Origin: Laetmonice hystrix
Lineage: Eukaryota
Assembly: GCA_965235115.1 (NCBI GenBank)
Contig: OZ249443.1
Coordinates: 7,316,001-7,380,000, forward strand
Direction of reading: 5' to 3'
DNA: 64,000 nt
Shown here: piece by piece, positions 34,963-48,206 of the stretch
How the letters are laid out: the number at the start of each line of letters is the position of its first letter
How positions within the stretch are numbered: position 1 is the stretch's first letter
Notes under the pieces: model-generated
The model's input: the letters and a program-made list of their open reading frames with translations, nothing else
Told to the model about the DNA's origin: nothing
Database searches by the model: none
Program-made: the position numbers and the translations under genes

Positions 34963-36037
34963 TATCGGGTGGGCCTAAAAAGTTTGGAACACTCCTTTCT
35001 TGACTGTAATGTCTATAATTTTTACCCCAATGTCATAATATTTGGGACATGATATCATCTGGTGGGCGTGTGGTACAAATTTCAGATAAATAGGTCAAAA
35101 TGTCTAAAAATAGGGCCATTTTAAAAACTGCAATGAACTAAAAAACTAAAAATTGCAATGTCGGACCAGTCGTCCTCGGCAGAGTTGATCCCGCTGTGTC
35201 TGGAACACTCTTTACTTGACTATAGCTTCTACAATTTTCATAGTTTGTCACTAATATTTAGGGCATCATGTTATGTGGTTAATAAAATTTTGTGGTGAAA
35301 ATTTTAGGCAGATAGGACAAAAACTCTTTATGTGGAATCAAATCAAACATCACATGTCGAAAAATGCAATGCCGGGGAGCCATGTAAGTGTCACCCACCT
35401 ATTTCAGTTAAAAAGGAAAAGGTGATCGATGTGACCCCCATCCTGTTCACTGTTCACACACAGCCCTTAGTCTCTTTTTGAATATCCCGGCTGACTTCCT
35501 GACTTCTTCTAGAGTAATTCCCTCCCACCTTTCCCGAATTTTCTCCTTCAGTTCGTTCTTGGGGAATTTTTGTTTGCGACCTTTATAGAATTTTTCAGAC
35601 AGGGAATCCCAAATGGTGTAATCCATGGGGTTTAAGTCGGGACTGGCCACCAGTTTTTGGCAGGGGGCATTTCATACATTTGACGTCACGTCATTCAGAC
35701 ACAGTGGCAACAACCCTGCCTTAATTGGACACATACCAAGAAAACTGGGTCATTCAACGCGACGGGATTCAGTTTTCAGGGCAGTTCCCTGCTTAAAAGA
35801 CGTGCGGTTTCACGCTATTGACCATGGTCCGGCATTGCAATTTTTGACACGCATTTTTAGAAATGGCCCTATTTATAGACTTTTGACTTATTTATCTGAA
35901 ATTTCTACAACAGACCTCAAATAACCAGATGATATCATGTCCCAAATATTATGACATTGGGGTAAAAATTATAGAAGTACATGTATAACTTTACAGTCAA
36001 GAAAAGAGTGTTCCAATTTTTGTTTGCCCACCCGATA
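34963..36037 (-). mobile_element. Tc1/mariner deletion derivative with long TIRs and a C-terminal transposase relic
   Basis: TA TSDs; about 200-bp TIRs starting tatcgggtgggc; relic ASPDLNPMDYTIWDSL...KKRLRAVCEQ at 35447-35650, frameshifted just upstream. Confidence 0.9.
35447..35650 (-). pseudogene. Mariner-like transposase fragment (third catalytic residue D in SPDLNPMD)
   Basis: Matches the SPDLNP(I/M)(D/E) motif of Tc1/mariner transposases; upstream part frameshifted and interrupted by stops. Confidence 0.85.
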
Positions 36038-36708
36038 TACCCACAGAAATGGTGAAATCTAATGAAATTCAACATTCCAGTTGCCTGTTGTCGCTATGAA
36101 GCGATCGTCTTATGAATGGTTGTTGACAAAATCGTTGACCTGCTATTGACTTAAACAGCCAATGAAATTTATCCGGCAGCTGTTGTTGTGACGGAACCGT
36201 CGGCATCAAAACAAGAATGTTTACACGTGTTCATGGTAGGCCTACCGAAAATTGACTTCAGTCGGCGACGACGCCGACGCCGACTGGGCGTGCTAGGCAG
36301 TCGGCGACGTCGAAAACCGCAAAAATCCACTAAGCCGATTTTCCTTGACATCACCCTTTTATTTTACTGTTATTTTGAGATTAAAGGATGGAACCCATTT
36401 CCTTAAACATGGAAGGCCAACCAGGAAAAACTTCAGCATGAAATTCCACCATTAAATCAAAAATCGCATGGCCGTCGCAAGGCGAATCGGCTTCGTGGAT
36501 AAAGCCCGAGATTGACTAACATACTCTAATTACCATGGGGACAAAAGAGTAAGTTAATACGAGCACTCTGGTTTATAATTGCCATAATTAAAAAGCAATA
36601 TTACAAATCATGTACAAAAGAAATAACAATGCAATAATAAAACACTAGAGGGGCCAGCAATAAAACAAAAGAGACAAGGGATAGCGATGATTGCCTTATT
36701 CCCGAACG

Positions 36709-36961
36709 CCTGATCCACTACAGCGATTTTGCGCGCCGACAGCTCATGAGATCAGGCGAATTCGGCGCGACGCAAATTCGCAAGAAATACGTGTCATTTA
36801 CGTTGGGATTTTGTCGGTTGGCATTCTCATGGCCATGCGAATTCGCATGAGATCGTGCGAATCTCATGCGAACACCTGATCCACTATAGCGAAATTCGCG
36901 CCGACAGCTCATGAGATCATTCGAATTCGGCGCGACGGGAAATTCGCCTTAGTGGATCTGG
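36709..36961. mobile_element. MITE with an internal ~70-bp direct duplication
   Basis: cctgatccacta/tagtggatctgg ends; gcgccgacagctcatgagatc occurs twice. Confidence 0.6.
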
Positions 36962-39434
36962 CACTTAAGAGTATGCAAGACGTCTTGCAGCCTTTGAGCC
37001 TTTAACTTATTCTTTTTAGCTAGGCCTACAAGGCCTGTGCTACTTAAACCAGAACGTAAGTCAGTGACCCCATCGCATCAACACAAAACCACTTATTATC
37101 TCACCCACCTATTCACGGTCGTAAATATAATTATGATATATTATTTTCAGAAAGAAAAACTCAGAAGAAAAGAAGAACATGCAGGGTGACCTTTCTTGAC
37201 TCTGTGAAATAACTTTTCTCTGGCTGTCGTGTATTTGTAGAGCAGTCCAACGTACTAAATGTAAATCATTAGAGCAGTGACAGTGAAGGGGGTTTCCAAA
37301 GGATTAGTCGGGGGGGGGGGGGGGGGCAAATGATCAAGTTTGCATGTTATCATGTTATCATGTTATTGCCAGGGCAAGTGGTCGGGGGGGGGGGTCCGTG
37401 AAACGAAAACCTCTACTTGGCCCGACTTTTTATCTTTGGTAGCCTAATGAATTGGAATTCAATCTAGGGGTCACCCCACTCATACGCAAAATTTAAGTGC
37501 CTTCCCCATTATTAGCGTATAACGCTTGGGATTTGGCGTAAAGTTTACGTCAGAAACACCAAGGACGTCAAGACAGTAATCAGAGGATAGATCTATATTG
37601 TAGCAAGACCAAGCCTTAATTCTAAGGAGAGGCGAATACAAAGAATCTCATGGGATGTCACGCTATTCAATAGTCGTGGCGCTGAACAGGTACAAAATAT
37701 TGGCCTATATATGATAATGATCAACAATTGGAACATAGACCTAAATCAACGACACAAATAAAACAAATAGCAACAAATACAAAAACATTACTGAGGGAGG
37801 TGAGGTGAGGGGACTGTTCAAACTACCCACCCACCACCTGCGCGCGACATCCCGCGGAATGAGAGAAATCAGATTCCGTGTAAAATGTCAGAGTCCATGC
37901 CCCACTCATCCGTACACACTCCAGGGGTCTAGGTAGAACTGAGATGGGGAGGGGGGGCAGCCGTGTTGATGGAAACATAGCTTTAGACTGGTTGACAGCA
38001 GCAATCTGCCTTTTGCGTTTGCGGCCGGCCATCCCATGTGCAACAGGGGCCATACAGGGTCTACTGTAAGAACAGTCAAGAGGGAAACAAACGGCTTAGA
38101 ATGGGAGTCATTCTTTACATTTGATGCAAGGTATAGTTCTTATGCCTACTTATGTGGTTGATTTGTTCACAGCAATTAAGCTGCGCATGCTCCTACTCTT
38201 AAGCCTACGACCCTGCCCGTTAGGGATTGTGGGAAGTCAAAGCGACTTCCAACAATGCACCAGTGGCATCGTAGGCCTATCTGCATCAGATCATATGTCG
38301 GCGAAGCGGCATACAGAAGAGGTAGAAATGGAGTGAAGCGGTACAAAATAGTCCAGCAAAGTAATTTGCATTTGAACTGTTTCAACTCTAATTAGATACA
38401 TTTAAATCTTTAAGAACAATGAAATGAAGAGATAAACAACCTCTGATAATGTAAGCGTTTGTAATGTGTTTGATTATAATTAAAATTTAATGTAGTTAAC
38501 TGCTCGCAGACCTGTGTCCATTTGACTCTGAGACTAGTCCCGGCCTGTCCCACAAAACACAACCAGAAGAGGTTGGTTCCAGCAAAAGCGACGACCTCTG
38601 GTGGAAGTTTGGGTGCCACAGGTCTTCTGACTAGCTGGAGCTACCCCTTACCAGCCAATCAGAATCCAACGAAACCGGGCCTTCCATCAGGGCCGCATGC
38701 ATTGTGGAATCAACCCAAGAAAAATCGGTTCCAAATACTGGATTACACCGAAAATTCCAACATAGCGGTTTAGGTTTTTAGGAAGTTATGACATTACATC
38801 CTAGTGTACTCAGCGTGTATCGACTAGACCTGTCGCGCTTCCTTTTAGCCAATAATATCTGAATCTGTGACAGCATTAAGTAACATTGTTATGTAGACTG
38901 GGCCCTCTTTTACTTGATTACAGTGAAGTATCGGAATCTATCTGTGACATCTAGAAGGTTCACAACTCACGCGAACCGAATGAACCGACGTCATCACCAG
39001 TAAACTACGCAATTTTACACCAACCTTGGACACGGATTTGATTTCTTTTACCCTTACAATGTCCTGCATTATCCTGATAGTTGAGGCGTCATAACTTGCG
39101 AGCGAGTACATAAAGCCTTTTGCCAGACATTGATAAATTTCATTGAGGATTTATGTATCCAGTAGTACACAGAGGACACAGAAAATCATCTAGAACGATT
39201 TTCCCCATGCCTCAACGCACCTTGAGCAGTGGAAGGAACTAGGCGTTTATGATGGTAGGATTTTTCTTATTAAAACATTTGATTTAAAGATCATCAATCA
39301 CACTAGCCTACTAAATAGCAATTAAGCAATATTAATTATTTAGAAGCCACAGCGCATGACAGGGTAAATTGGTTGGTCTATTCATAATGTAAACTCATAT
39401 GCCTCATTCATTATTCTTCTTCCAGTCATCATCA

Positions 39435-41256
39435 ATGCGGTCGTCATTCAACATTTTTCGTCTGCTAATTTCACATGCTGTCCTTTCTGGATCAACACTG
39501 CTTACAGGGGCTTCGAACCTTGACAAAATACCGACCCAACTATATCTTCGACATGGAGACCTATACTTGGGGGGACTTGTCGTGGCTCACGACTTCAGTC
39601 CCTCTGACTTTTGCACCGACCGAGTCACCCGCTATGAGCAATTGATGTTCGCTCAAGTGTGGGCTCTGAATAAAGTGAATTCCGACCCAACTATTTTGCC
39701 CAACATCACGCTAGGTCTCGCTCTAGTTGACGCTTGTTTCAATCGTGTAGTAGCTCTTGGTCAAGCTCTAAGGTTTGGCATGTCTCAGGATGATGTCGGT
39801 AGGTGTAGCTTTGGAGGACTACAATCGTTGCCTCAGATTGTAGGCCTTATCGGTCCTGTCACAAGTGGCTCCGCCATACCAACGTCCAACATGATGACTT
39901 TGTTCAAAATTCCCATAATTGGAGCGGTATCTTCAAGCGACGAGCTTAGTGACAAAGTCAAGCATCCGTACTTCTTCAGAGTCTTGCCCCCCGACCGTTA
40001 TCTGGCACAGGCGCTTGTTTCCCTTCTGAACCAATTTGGCTGGACCTACATCTCCATTGTGTATGAAGAAACTGCTTACGGATTTAACGGCATGAAGGCC
40101 ATTAGGGCATATAGCCAGAAAGTAGGTCTTTGCATTGCTGATACTTTACCCTTGTCTGAAGACTTTGTCGAATATCAAGACTATTTCGGAGTGGTAAATA
40201 AGTTAAGAAAAAACCCAAACTCCCGAGCCATTGTTATCTTCGGCGTGTGGTTCCGCATAAGAAATCTTTTAAAGGCAGTGCAGGCTTTGGGTGGTCAGGG
40301 GGAGTTTCTATGGGTTACTGGTGAGAACATCAGAGAGGATATTGTGCGTGGTCTTGAAGATGTTGCGCAGGGTGCCTTTGGATCAATGTGGTACAGTGAA
40401 CCCAATCCTGAACTCGAAAAGTATATTACGACATTGTCCCCCTGGGAAGACCCGCTTTATCCCTGGCTGAAAGACTCATGGAGAAATGACCTTGGCTGTG
40501 ACCTTGAAAAGACCTCTAAAATGGAGCCTCGTTGCTTGAATTACACACTTAAGGATCTCCCTGGCTTTCAGTTTAATCCCTTAACCACTCACGCAGCAAA
40601 TACGGTCTTTGCTTTTGCCAGGGCGATCGACACCCTCATCTCAGAGCGTTGTCCCGAGGCCAGGCAGAACAAACGTCTCCTTGCAAGCTGTGTTGAACCT
40701 GGGAAACTTGTGGAATATGTCAGAAATGTTGTCTTGCCGACCCCGAATGGGGATCTTTCCTTCGATGAAAATGGTGACATGATTCGTGATTACCTCCTGC
40801 AGCAACTCCAGAAGAAAGGCGGGCATTATAAATTACAACCCCTCGGCGTTTGGAAGAGCGCTGATTCTAGGTTTGATATTAATCTTAAGGATTTACAATG
40901 GAATGAGCATGAAAAATTTAGCAATTTCAGTCCTGATTTCCCTGAGTCGTTGTGCGCCAGGCCCTGCACGATGGGTGAGTTCTTTATCCAAGGTGAATTG
41001 CCTTGCTGTTGGAAATGTCATGTCTGTCGGGACAATGAATACGTCGCTGAGAATGGTACCGCCTGTAGGGCATGCCACTTGCTGACCTGGCCTGACCAAC
41101 AAACCAAGACTTCGTGTCTGACCATAGACCCCAACTACATGTCCTGGGACGATCCGTACGGAGCGGGCCTGACGGCAATGGCGGCACTCGGCATGCTCAC
41201 CGCCTTAAGTGTCATCCGACTGGTACTAAAGTACCGTGACAGAAAGGTCATCAAAG
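39435..41256 (+). CDS. GPCR exon 1 (signal, VFT, CRD, TM1)
   Basis: Upstream acceptor ttcttccag; donor aaag/gtttgt. Confidence 0.9.
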
Positions 41257-42515
41257 GTTTGTGCTATTCTTCACTCCTAGGAATCATAACAAAGGTTTGT
41301 GTTATTCTTCACTCCTAGAAATCATAACTGTGAAAATGGAAACATATTTCCAGCCAATGTAAATGTATCATCTAAATACAAACAGAGTAGTTTCAGCCCG
41401 TCCATAATTCTGAAAAATTGAAAGAGCTCGTTGCTCCAATTTCCTTGTTTCTTGCAGGTGCGAACTGGGAGCTGATCACGGTGATCCTATTTGGGGTTTT
41501 GATTGCCCTATCTACTGTGCCACTGTTCATCACGAAACCCACATATGTTGTCTGTCTCAGTAACCGACTGGGTTTTAATATCTGTTACACCCTCATCTTC
41601 GGACCCCTGCTCGTGAAAACCAACAGGATCTACCAAGTATTCCGGGCGGCTTCAAAACTATCGCGCTCTGTGCGCCTTGCAGGGACGGCTTCAAATATCG
41701 TCATCATGCTAGTTGTCTGTGCACTTCAGGTAGGTAATGTAGGCCCCTAGGTAGTGTAAAATATGTCTGGGTGAAACAAAAAGGCGGCCCCTTCATTACT
41801 CCCTATATAGCAAATGTATTTTTTGTAAAGTTTCTTGCTCTGGTATTGTTGAAATGTACCTGTAGTCGACAAACTTCTTGGACACTTCTTTTCTAGAGTA
41901 TTGGAACCATCTTTGTTTTCCAACTAAATGATAGGGCCTACTCTGGGCCCCACCTCGACTATCGGGAACCATCCCCCCTGTTATAACATCCTTGCCGTAA
42001 GCCTTCATCGTAGTCTCTGATTGCAGGCTGGCCTTTGTGTGGCGACGATCATACTCTGGCCCGTTACAGCCGCCAGAACCATGCCCGTCACGACCGAGCC
42101 GTACGTGGAGCTGCAGTGTGACCAGGACCTCAAAGGTCTTCTCATCCCTCTGGCCTTCAACATCCTCCTTATATTCATCTGTGCCATCTTCGCCTTCCTC
42201 ACTCGCAAATTGCCCGACAACTTCAACGAATCGTGGTACATTTTCTTGTGCGTGTCGACTACGCTTTTCGTCTGGATTGCCTTCTTTCCGACCTATTTCA
42301 CGGCCTTCTACGCCTACCACAAGGCGGCGCTGCTGGCGTTTGCTCTCATTCTCAACGCGGCTGTCACGTTGATCTGTCTGTTTGGTCCCAAGATCTACGC
42401 CCTGTACTACGTGAACGAAGACGACATCAAGGTGACGGACTTCAGCCAGTCCGCAACTCGTGGCGGACAGAAAACGGAGGAAACTTCGGTGAAAAATGCC
42501 CCTAGTCCCCCATAG
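39435..42515 (+). CDS. Class C GPCR, metabotropic-glutamate-receptor-like orphan (about 860 aa)
   Basis: Exons 39435-41256, 41458-41729, 42027-42515 (phases 1 and 0). VFT motifs (GDLYLGGL, LPNITLG, LIGP, ELSDK...YFFRV, WTYIS), 9-Cys domain, 7TM with LLVKTNRIY and TRKLPDNFNES. Confidence 0.95.
41458..41729 (+). CDS. GPCR exon 2 (TM2 to TM4)
   Basis: ttgcag/GT GANWELITV...CALQ/gtaggt. Confidence 0.92.
42027..42515 (+). CDS. GPCR exon 3 (TM4 end to TM7, tail)
   Basis: ttgcag/AGLC...FGPKIY...NAPSP*. Confidence 0.92.
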   Translation, partial: AGLCVATIILWPVTAARTMPVTTEPYVELQCDQDLKGLLIPLAFNILLIFICAIFAFLTRKLPDNFNESWYIFLCVSTTLFVWIAFFPTYFTAFYAYHKAALLAFALILNAAVTLICLFGPKIYALYYVNEDDIKVTDFSQSATRGGQKTEETSVKNAPSPP

Positions 42516-43433
42516 ATTTTGAACTGTGATAGTATCACCACCGATGTAACAGAAAGGTTTAGTCGGTCGAGGCCAAAGCCAAAGGGCCAGCCGCATAATT
42601 GAGATGCAATGCTTTCCCTTCGAATAGAGTGTGGGCTTAGGCCATAGGTTTACAATTATTTACTTATTATTATTTTAGGTACCCATTTTCAAATAAAAAT
42701 ACACGCGAGACCCTCTTAATCTTATGTGTTTTTTATTCACTAATCGATAGAATTTGATCCATACAATATGCCCAATTGGATGTCCCTAAAGGTCGACCTG
42801 GAAGCAGCAGACTAAAATCATAAATGAGGCTGTGCCTTTCAGGTTGACCGATGTAGGCATGTCACTATAGGCCTATACCTACGCCTCCCTAGAAAAGCAC
42901 CACTGTGCAAGTTAGGCCTTTTGGGTCCGATTATGCCTATTTGTAGACCTTTTTATAGAATGTATCTTGATTAATCGATTAATTAATTTAGGCTGTGAAT
43001 GCAGGGGGTATATTAGGCCTATTAGATAGGTCTACTCGGATTGCCTCTGCAACTCGTATTTTAGCCTACAGTACATGGTCGAGTGACGTGAACTTCGGCC
43101 TAAATGTTTGGAAAAACGCGGCAGGCCTTATATCCTCGAACCAACAACAGAAAACACCGCAGACAAAGATACTGTATGCATTATTTACACTTTATTTCTT
43201 ACACTTTAACAATGGGATAATTTACACAGATTTGGTCCGGCACTAGAGGAAGCGGGGCTCGTTGCCGTTGGTTGAGCATCGGTACGTGCCCACCTTCTTT
43301 TATCACAAGTGTGGCCCCGACTCCAACATACCCAGGCGGACCATGTTTGTCGGACTACATACTCAATACATGGTGGGACATCGGAGTATGACTGGAGTAT
43401 TCCTGGATACAGCGGCCATACTTCTCTCGTTAC

Positions 43434-43935
43434 ATACATCCGTCACACTCATCTGTCCTGGCAGAGCTACATCAGTCACACTCATCTGTCCTGGCCTACA
43501 TCCGTCACACTCATCTGTCCTGGCAGAGCTACATCAGTCACACTCATCTGTCCTGGCATAGGCCTACATCCGTCACACTCATCTGTCCTGGCATACATCA
43601 GTCACACTCATCTGTCCTGGCATACATCAGTCACACTCATCTATCACTCAAGCGGTCACACTCATCTATCCTGGCCTACATCCGTCATACTCAGCTGGCC
43701 TACATCAGTCACATTTATCTTTCCTGGCCTATATCCGTCAGACTCATCTATCACTCAAGCGGTCACATTCATCTATCCTGGCCTACATCCGTCACACTCA
43801 TCTATCACTCAAGCGGTCACACTCATCTATCCTGGCCTACATCCGTCACACTCATCTATCCTGGCCTACATCCGTCACACTCATCTATCACTCCTCAAGC
43901 AGTTACACTAGTCACGTATCCCGGCATACATCAGT
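43434..43935. repeat. ~29-bp minisatellite with 22-33 bp variants
   Basis: Consensus tacatccgtcacactcatctatcctggcc. Confidence 0.9.
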
Positions 43936-45352
43936 CAGGCACTGCTATCCCAGAATCCATCGTTGACGGTTCCTCATGACGGTAACCAATGGTAACGTAA
44001 AACATCTCGGTAGTTCAGGATCACCCATGCCAAGGGGTTTTTTTTCCACCCGCTTTTACATAACTTTTGTTTTTGTTCAATTTTTCGACACTTCTCGTAA
44101 AGCTTCTTCTCATGGTTCAAACAATGTTACACAAAACATCCACAGCACCTGTGGAGACTGAAACTCACATTTGGCACTGACACCAACAAGCCTGAGCGGC
44201 AGGTTTTGGGATCAAGTATAAACTACCAGCCACTTTATTTAATAAATAGAACACGCACGTCCAACATTGTATGGCCTTTTAGAAAAAGTGATCTACCAGT
44301 AACATCTAAAAATACTCGACAGCTGCAGTCCTACTGAACAAAACAGCCAGTGATCAGACACGCCTAAGCAGGGTTATATATACATGTATATAATTGGTGT
44401 ACATAAAATAGTTTTATACTTCGCTTCTTTGAGACATGGCACGGTCTTTCCTTAAACTGTTTTTTTTTAAATACAAAATGTCATGGCTACAATCTTATCC
44501 TCTTTTTTTATATCAATAGGAGGAATATGCTCTTTAATTGAGGAAGCGTGTAATATTGTCTTTATCATTGGCACTAGTAGACTGAATTAACACAACGATC
44601 AAACTACAAATCTGTTCCCTTTGTTGACAAATCAACCTGCAATGAATTCCACATGTGGCGCCACATCCCAAACCCGAGAACTATCCTCTACTCCTGCTAA
44701 AGCTCACCCCCAATCAACATCTCATGTTTGGCAGATATTCACTCTGCATTTATTCATTTATTGTACAACGGATTTTGCCCCCTAAAAATTTTACAATCTT
44801 ATTCTTAGACTCGTGTACATCTGCCGCGCTACTTCTCACGCCCTTAGATTTTTGTCTATTTTCAAAATGCAAATTCATATTTGAGGGAGGTACATTGTAC
44901 ATTGAACGCAAACACAAAAATGTAACAATAGTAATAGCATTGAAAACGAGCTACCACAGAATTCAGTTGACATTTAGGTCGACTTGACGTTATCACAATA
45001 TGCTGTATAGTCAGTCTCAGAAAGAATACTTCTCTGTCACCACACAGAACTCATACTAATGTTTAATACACGTACAAGATTAAGGGTAAGATTAGAGCCA
45101 CATTCTTCACAAAAACTCTGAGACATCCAGTCTTCGAAACACATCATCTGTTGCTGAACACTTCGGCTTTTCATGATTTTGATTTTTTGTTATAACGTAC
45201 TAGACATTCTGCAAGACATTCCCCAGCAATTACAAAGTCTGATAAACGTTTTGGAAACGATACCAGGGCATTTTCACACCCATGTAGCGTTAGCCGAGTC
45301 CTGTTTAACATCCCCGTGACATTCACTCTTGAGCGCCAAACACGACAGTGAG

Positions 45353-45364
45353 GCCCTCTGGTGG
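45353..45364 (-). promoter_or_regulatory. CTCF-consensus-like motif
   Basis: Minus strand reads ccaccagagggc; motif match only. Confidence 0.25.
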
Positions 45365-48206
45365 CAATTCTTCAAACCAAATTTTCTTCTCACATTTCAG
45401 GCCCCTCGGCTCTCGGTTTGTTTTCCCCTGCTGACTGCGAGTAGAGCTGAGTAGTATTTTACTGCTTACCTCAGCAATTACTCACATAGATCTCATCTTC
45501 TCAATATCGTCTTGACGTGTTGAAACTGTTCACATGTCACAAAATGATCAAAATGATGCGAGTAATGACCTCACCATGTGAAGGTTCTTGTGACCAAATC
45601 AAATTTTGTCCAGCTCCACATAGCTCAGCAGGCAACAGAAAAACTTGGACGATACCATATTCACAAGATTCACAAATGTGTAAATGAGATAAATGTCATG
45701 ACATAATGCTGAATGATTTTGATTCCTCTTGGGTTATCTGGACAACTTTTTCCACTCACTTACCCTTGCGGTGTTAACATAGCGTATACATCTCTCAGCA
45801 CATTACAATTTTAAACACAAAGTGAGTCATGAAACAATGAAGACTGCATTCATTAATTAGTAACGGTTACTGGAACAAAGTGCTATATTTACAGGCCTTT
45901 TTTTACATCACACTATAAAGTCAAGAATATATCTTGCATTGTGATACCGCTATCCTAATGTCCTGTATAAGATAACACGGCCACCGCCACTTTGACTTTT
46001 TTAAGTCTTTTGCTTAGCTCTTTATCGGGAAGAGCATTATGCATTTATGCTTACTCCTTTGGTATGCCTTTGTATAATGCATCAATGAATATTTCTGTAC
46101 AAAGCTGTTCATGTAAGTGAATATTAACAATATTATACAAACAAATGCTAAAGTTTCCAATCGTTCTACGATAAAACTAGAACGTAAAACCAAAGATTTA
46201 CATGAACACATTCACACAAAGCCATGCGCACGTTTACACGACCGTATAACGTTAGCCTCGTTGTACTTAATCTGTCCTCAATCGATGACAGTTTCCTGAC
46301 GTGCACAATGAATGTGTACATTATACAATTTCGTTACCACTGTATTATGCCATCTTCACCAACGTGTTGCTGCCACAATGTGCCACCAACTTTAATACAG
46401 ATTCATCAAGTATTATTAACGAAGCACCAGAGTAAGAAGCAATCAATAATACTGACCAACTTGTTACATTGCTTTCGTTACTAAACAATACCTGTAGCAT
46501 TTTTTAAAGGTGGAACACAGAATGAACCAAACAGCTTCAATGTTTCTTTTCTAAAAAGAAATAATTGTCAGAAGCACATATAATCAGGCTGCAAACTATT
46601 ACAGTACGGTAGTTCTGGATCGGGTGGGAAGAGAATTACTGTAAGTTATCTCGCATAATCATAGTTCAATACTGTTAATTACCATGACCAAATTAATTAC
46701 TGGGGTAATCTGAAATGTCAACCAACTTCCGTCTCCACACCTGGAAGTCATTTAAGAATTCTATTATCATAACCTCATTTTCGTTAGTAAATTGAGTCAA
46801 TATATTTTAACCTATGACCGAATCAGGGCTGAGCCGACTCGATGTTTCAGGTGTCACGCAAGTATTTCCTCTGGCAGCTGAACACAGCTACCAAATCATA
46901 TAGACATTTCATTAGTGTGATGATCAAATCCGACTAGAATTGCAGATCTACTTGATATAGGTACTCTTGAAAAGCACATCTTCCTACAAATATAGATATA
47001 TAATACATTCAGGATATTTGTACACGTGTAAGGCAGTGGGTGTGACAAGTCTGGTGTAACACCTGATTCTGTGGGATGTGAGAGACACAAATGTTGGAAA
47101 CTATTCTAATATAAATCCATCCCTTCAAATCCCCCCCCCCCCCGATTCCAAAGAATCATGGCTGATGTCAACATTAGATCTGAACACCCAAGTATACATC
47201 TGTTACCATAGCGATGATATTTAGAGATGTGCATGGTCTAAGGTCCTGCAGCTTACTACATGACAATAGGCACGTACAACAATACAAGGCAGGTGCTGAG
47301 TGTCAGTCGTACACCCTGCGAGACACACGTACCATTACATACTGGTAATATTACTAATAACTCCAACATGTATACGGCCTAGCACGTTACTGAGCTCCAG
47401 TATTCAGCATCACAAATGAGAAAGGCAATTTGTTACTCGTGCTTGCAACTCCTCCAGCAAAAAACAGCTTCAAGACAACAGTACTATCAACAATGTTAAC
47501 AGCTCTGTTAGGGTAAGCAAAACACTGACACACCAATAGACATTTCTTCACAGTGTACAAAAAAAAGAAAGAAAAACATCACTTTCAACCAAGTGATATT
47601 TCAGATCTTCAACAATGTAGTTTAGCCATCTGCTGACCAAAGTCACAACTGCTTTGACAGAAACATGAATCTGAGACAGACCTGCCAATACTAGGGCGAC
47701 TTTTGTCCTGGGATAGCGCTGTATTAGCTTTTGACATCACGAGCGATTGGGGTCAGAGGTCAAAGGTGAAACGTAAGCTTCTTTTAGATCTCTAAAACAC
47801 CGGAATGCATTTTACTATCACAAAATAAGAGATAAGAGTAAAATAAGAAGCAAAAAAGAAATGAATTCGAAATGCTAGTACAAAAAAAGTGTTAGGTCCA
47901 TGTTAATCTGAACTACAACAATTTTTATAAAAACTTTACTTTACCTTTAAATGATACTTGTAATTTCCTCAAGGACAAAATATGACACCTGTGTTGATAA
48001 TACATGCACATTAACTTGCTGCAATTTACAAAGCTCTCAGGAATGCTGTCCCCTCGGGGGGATAAAACAAAAACAAAAAATCAGTTGAGCTCAGATCTAC
48101 AGTGATGGTCAGCTGGTTAGATGACGTCTGCCCCCTCCTTACAACACTTACGGTAAGCACCCCAACTTTCCTCGATTATCCTTTCTTTATTACTTCAGAC
48201 AAGTGA

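Noticed and set aside
41796-42596. 266-aa minus-strand ORF
   Set aside because: Antisense shadow of GC-rich GPCR exon 3; same reasoning for 14530-15000, 14690-15121 and 2091-2396
43309-43911. 200-aa ORF
   Set aside because: Arises from a stop-poor minisatellite
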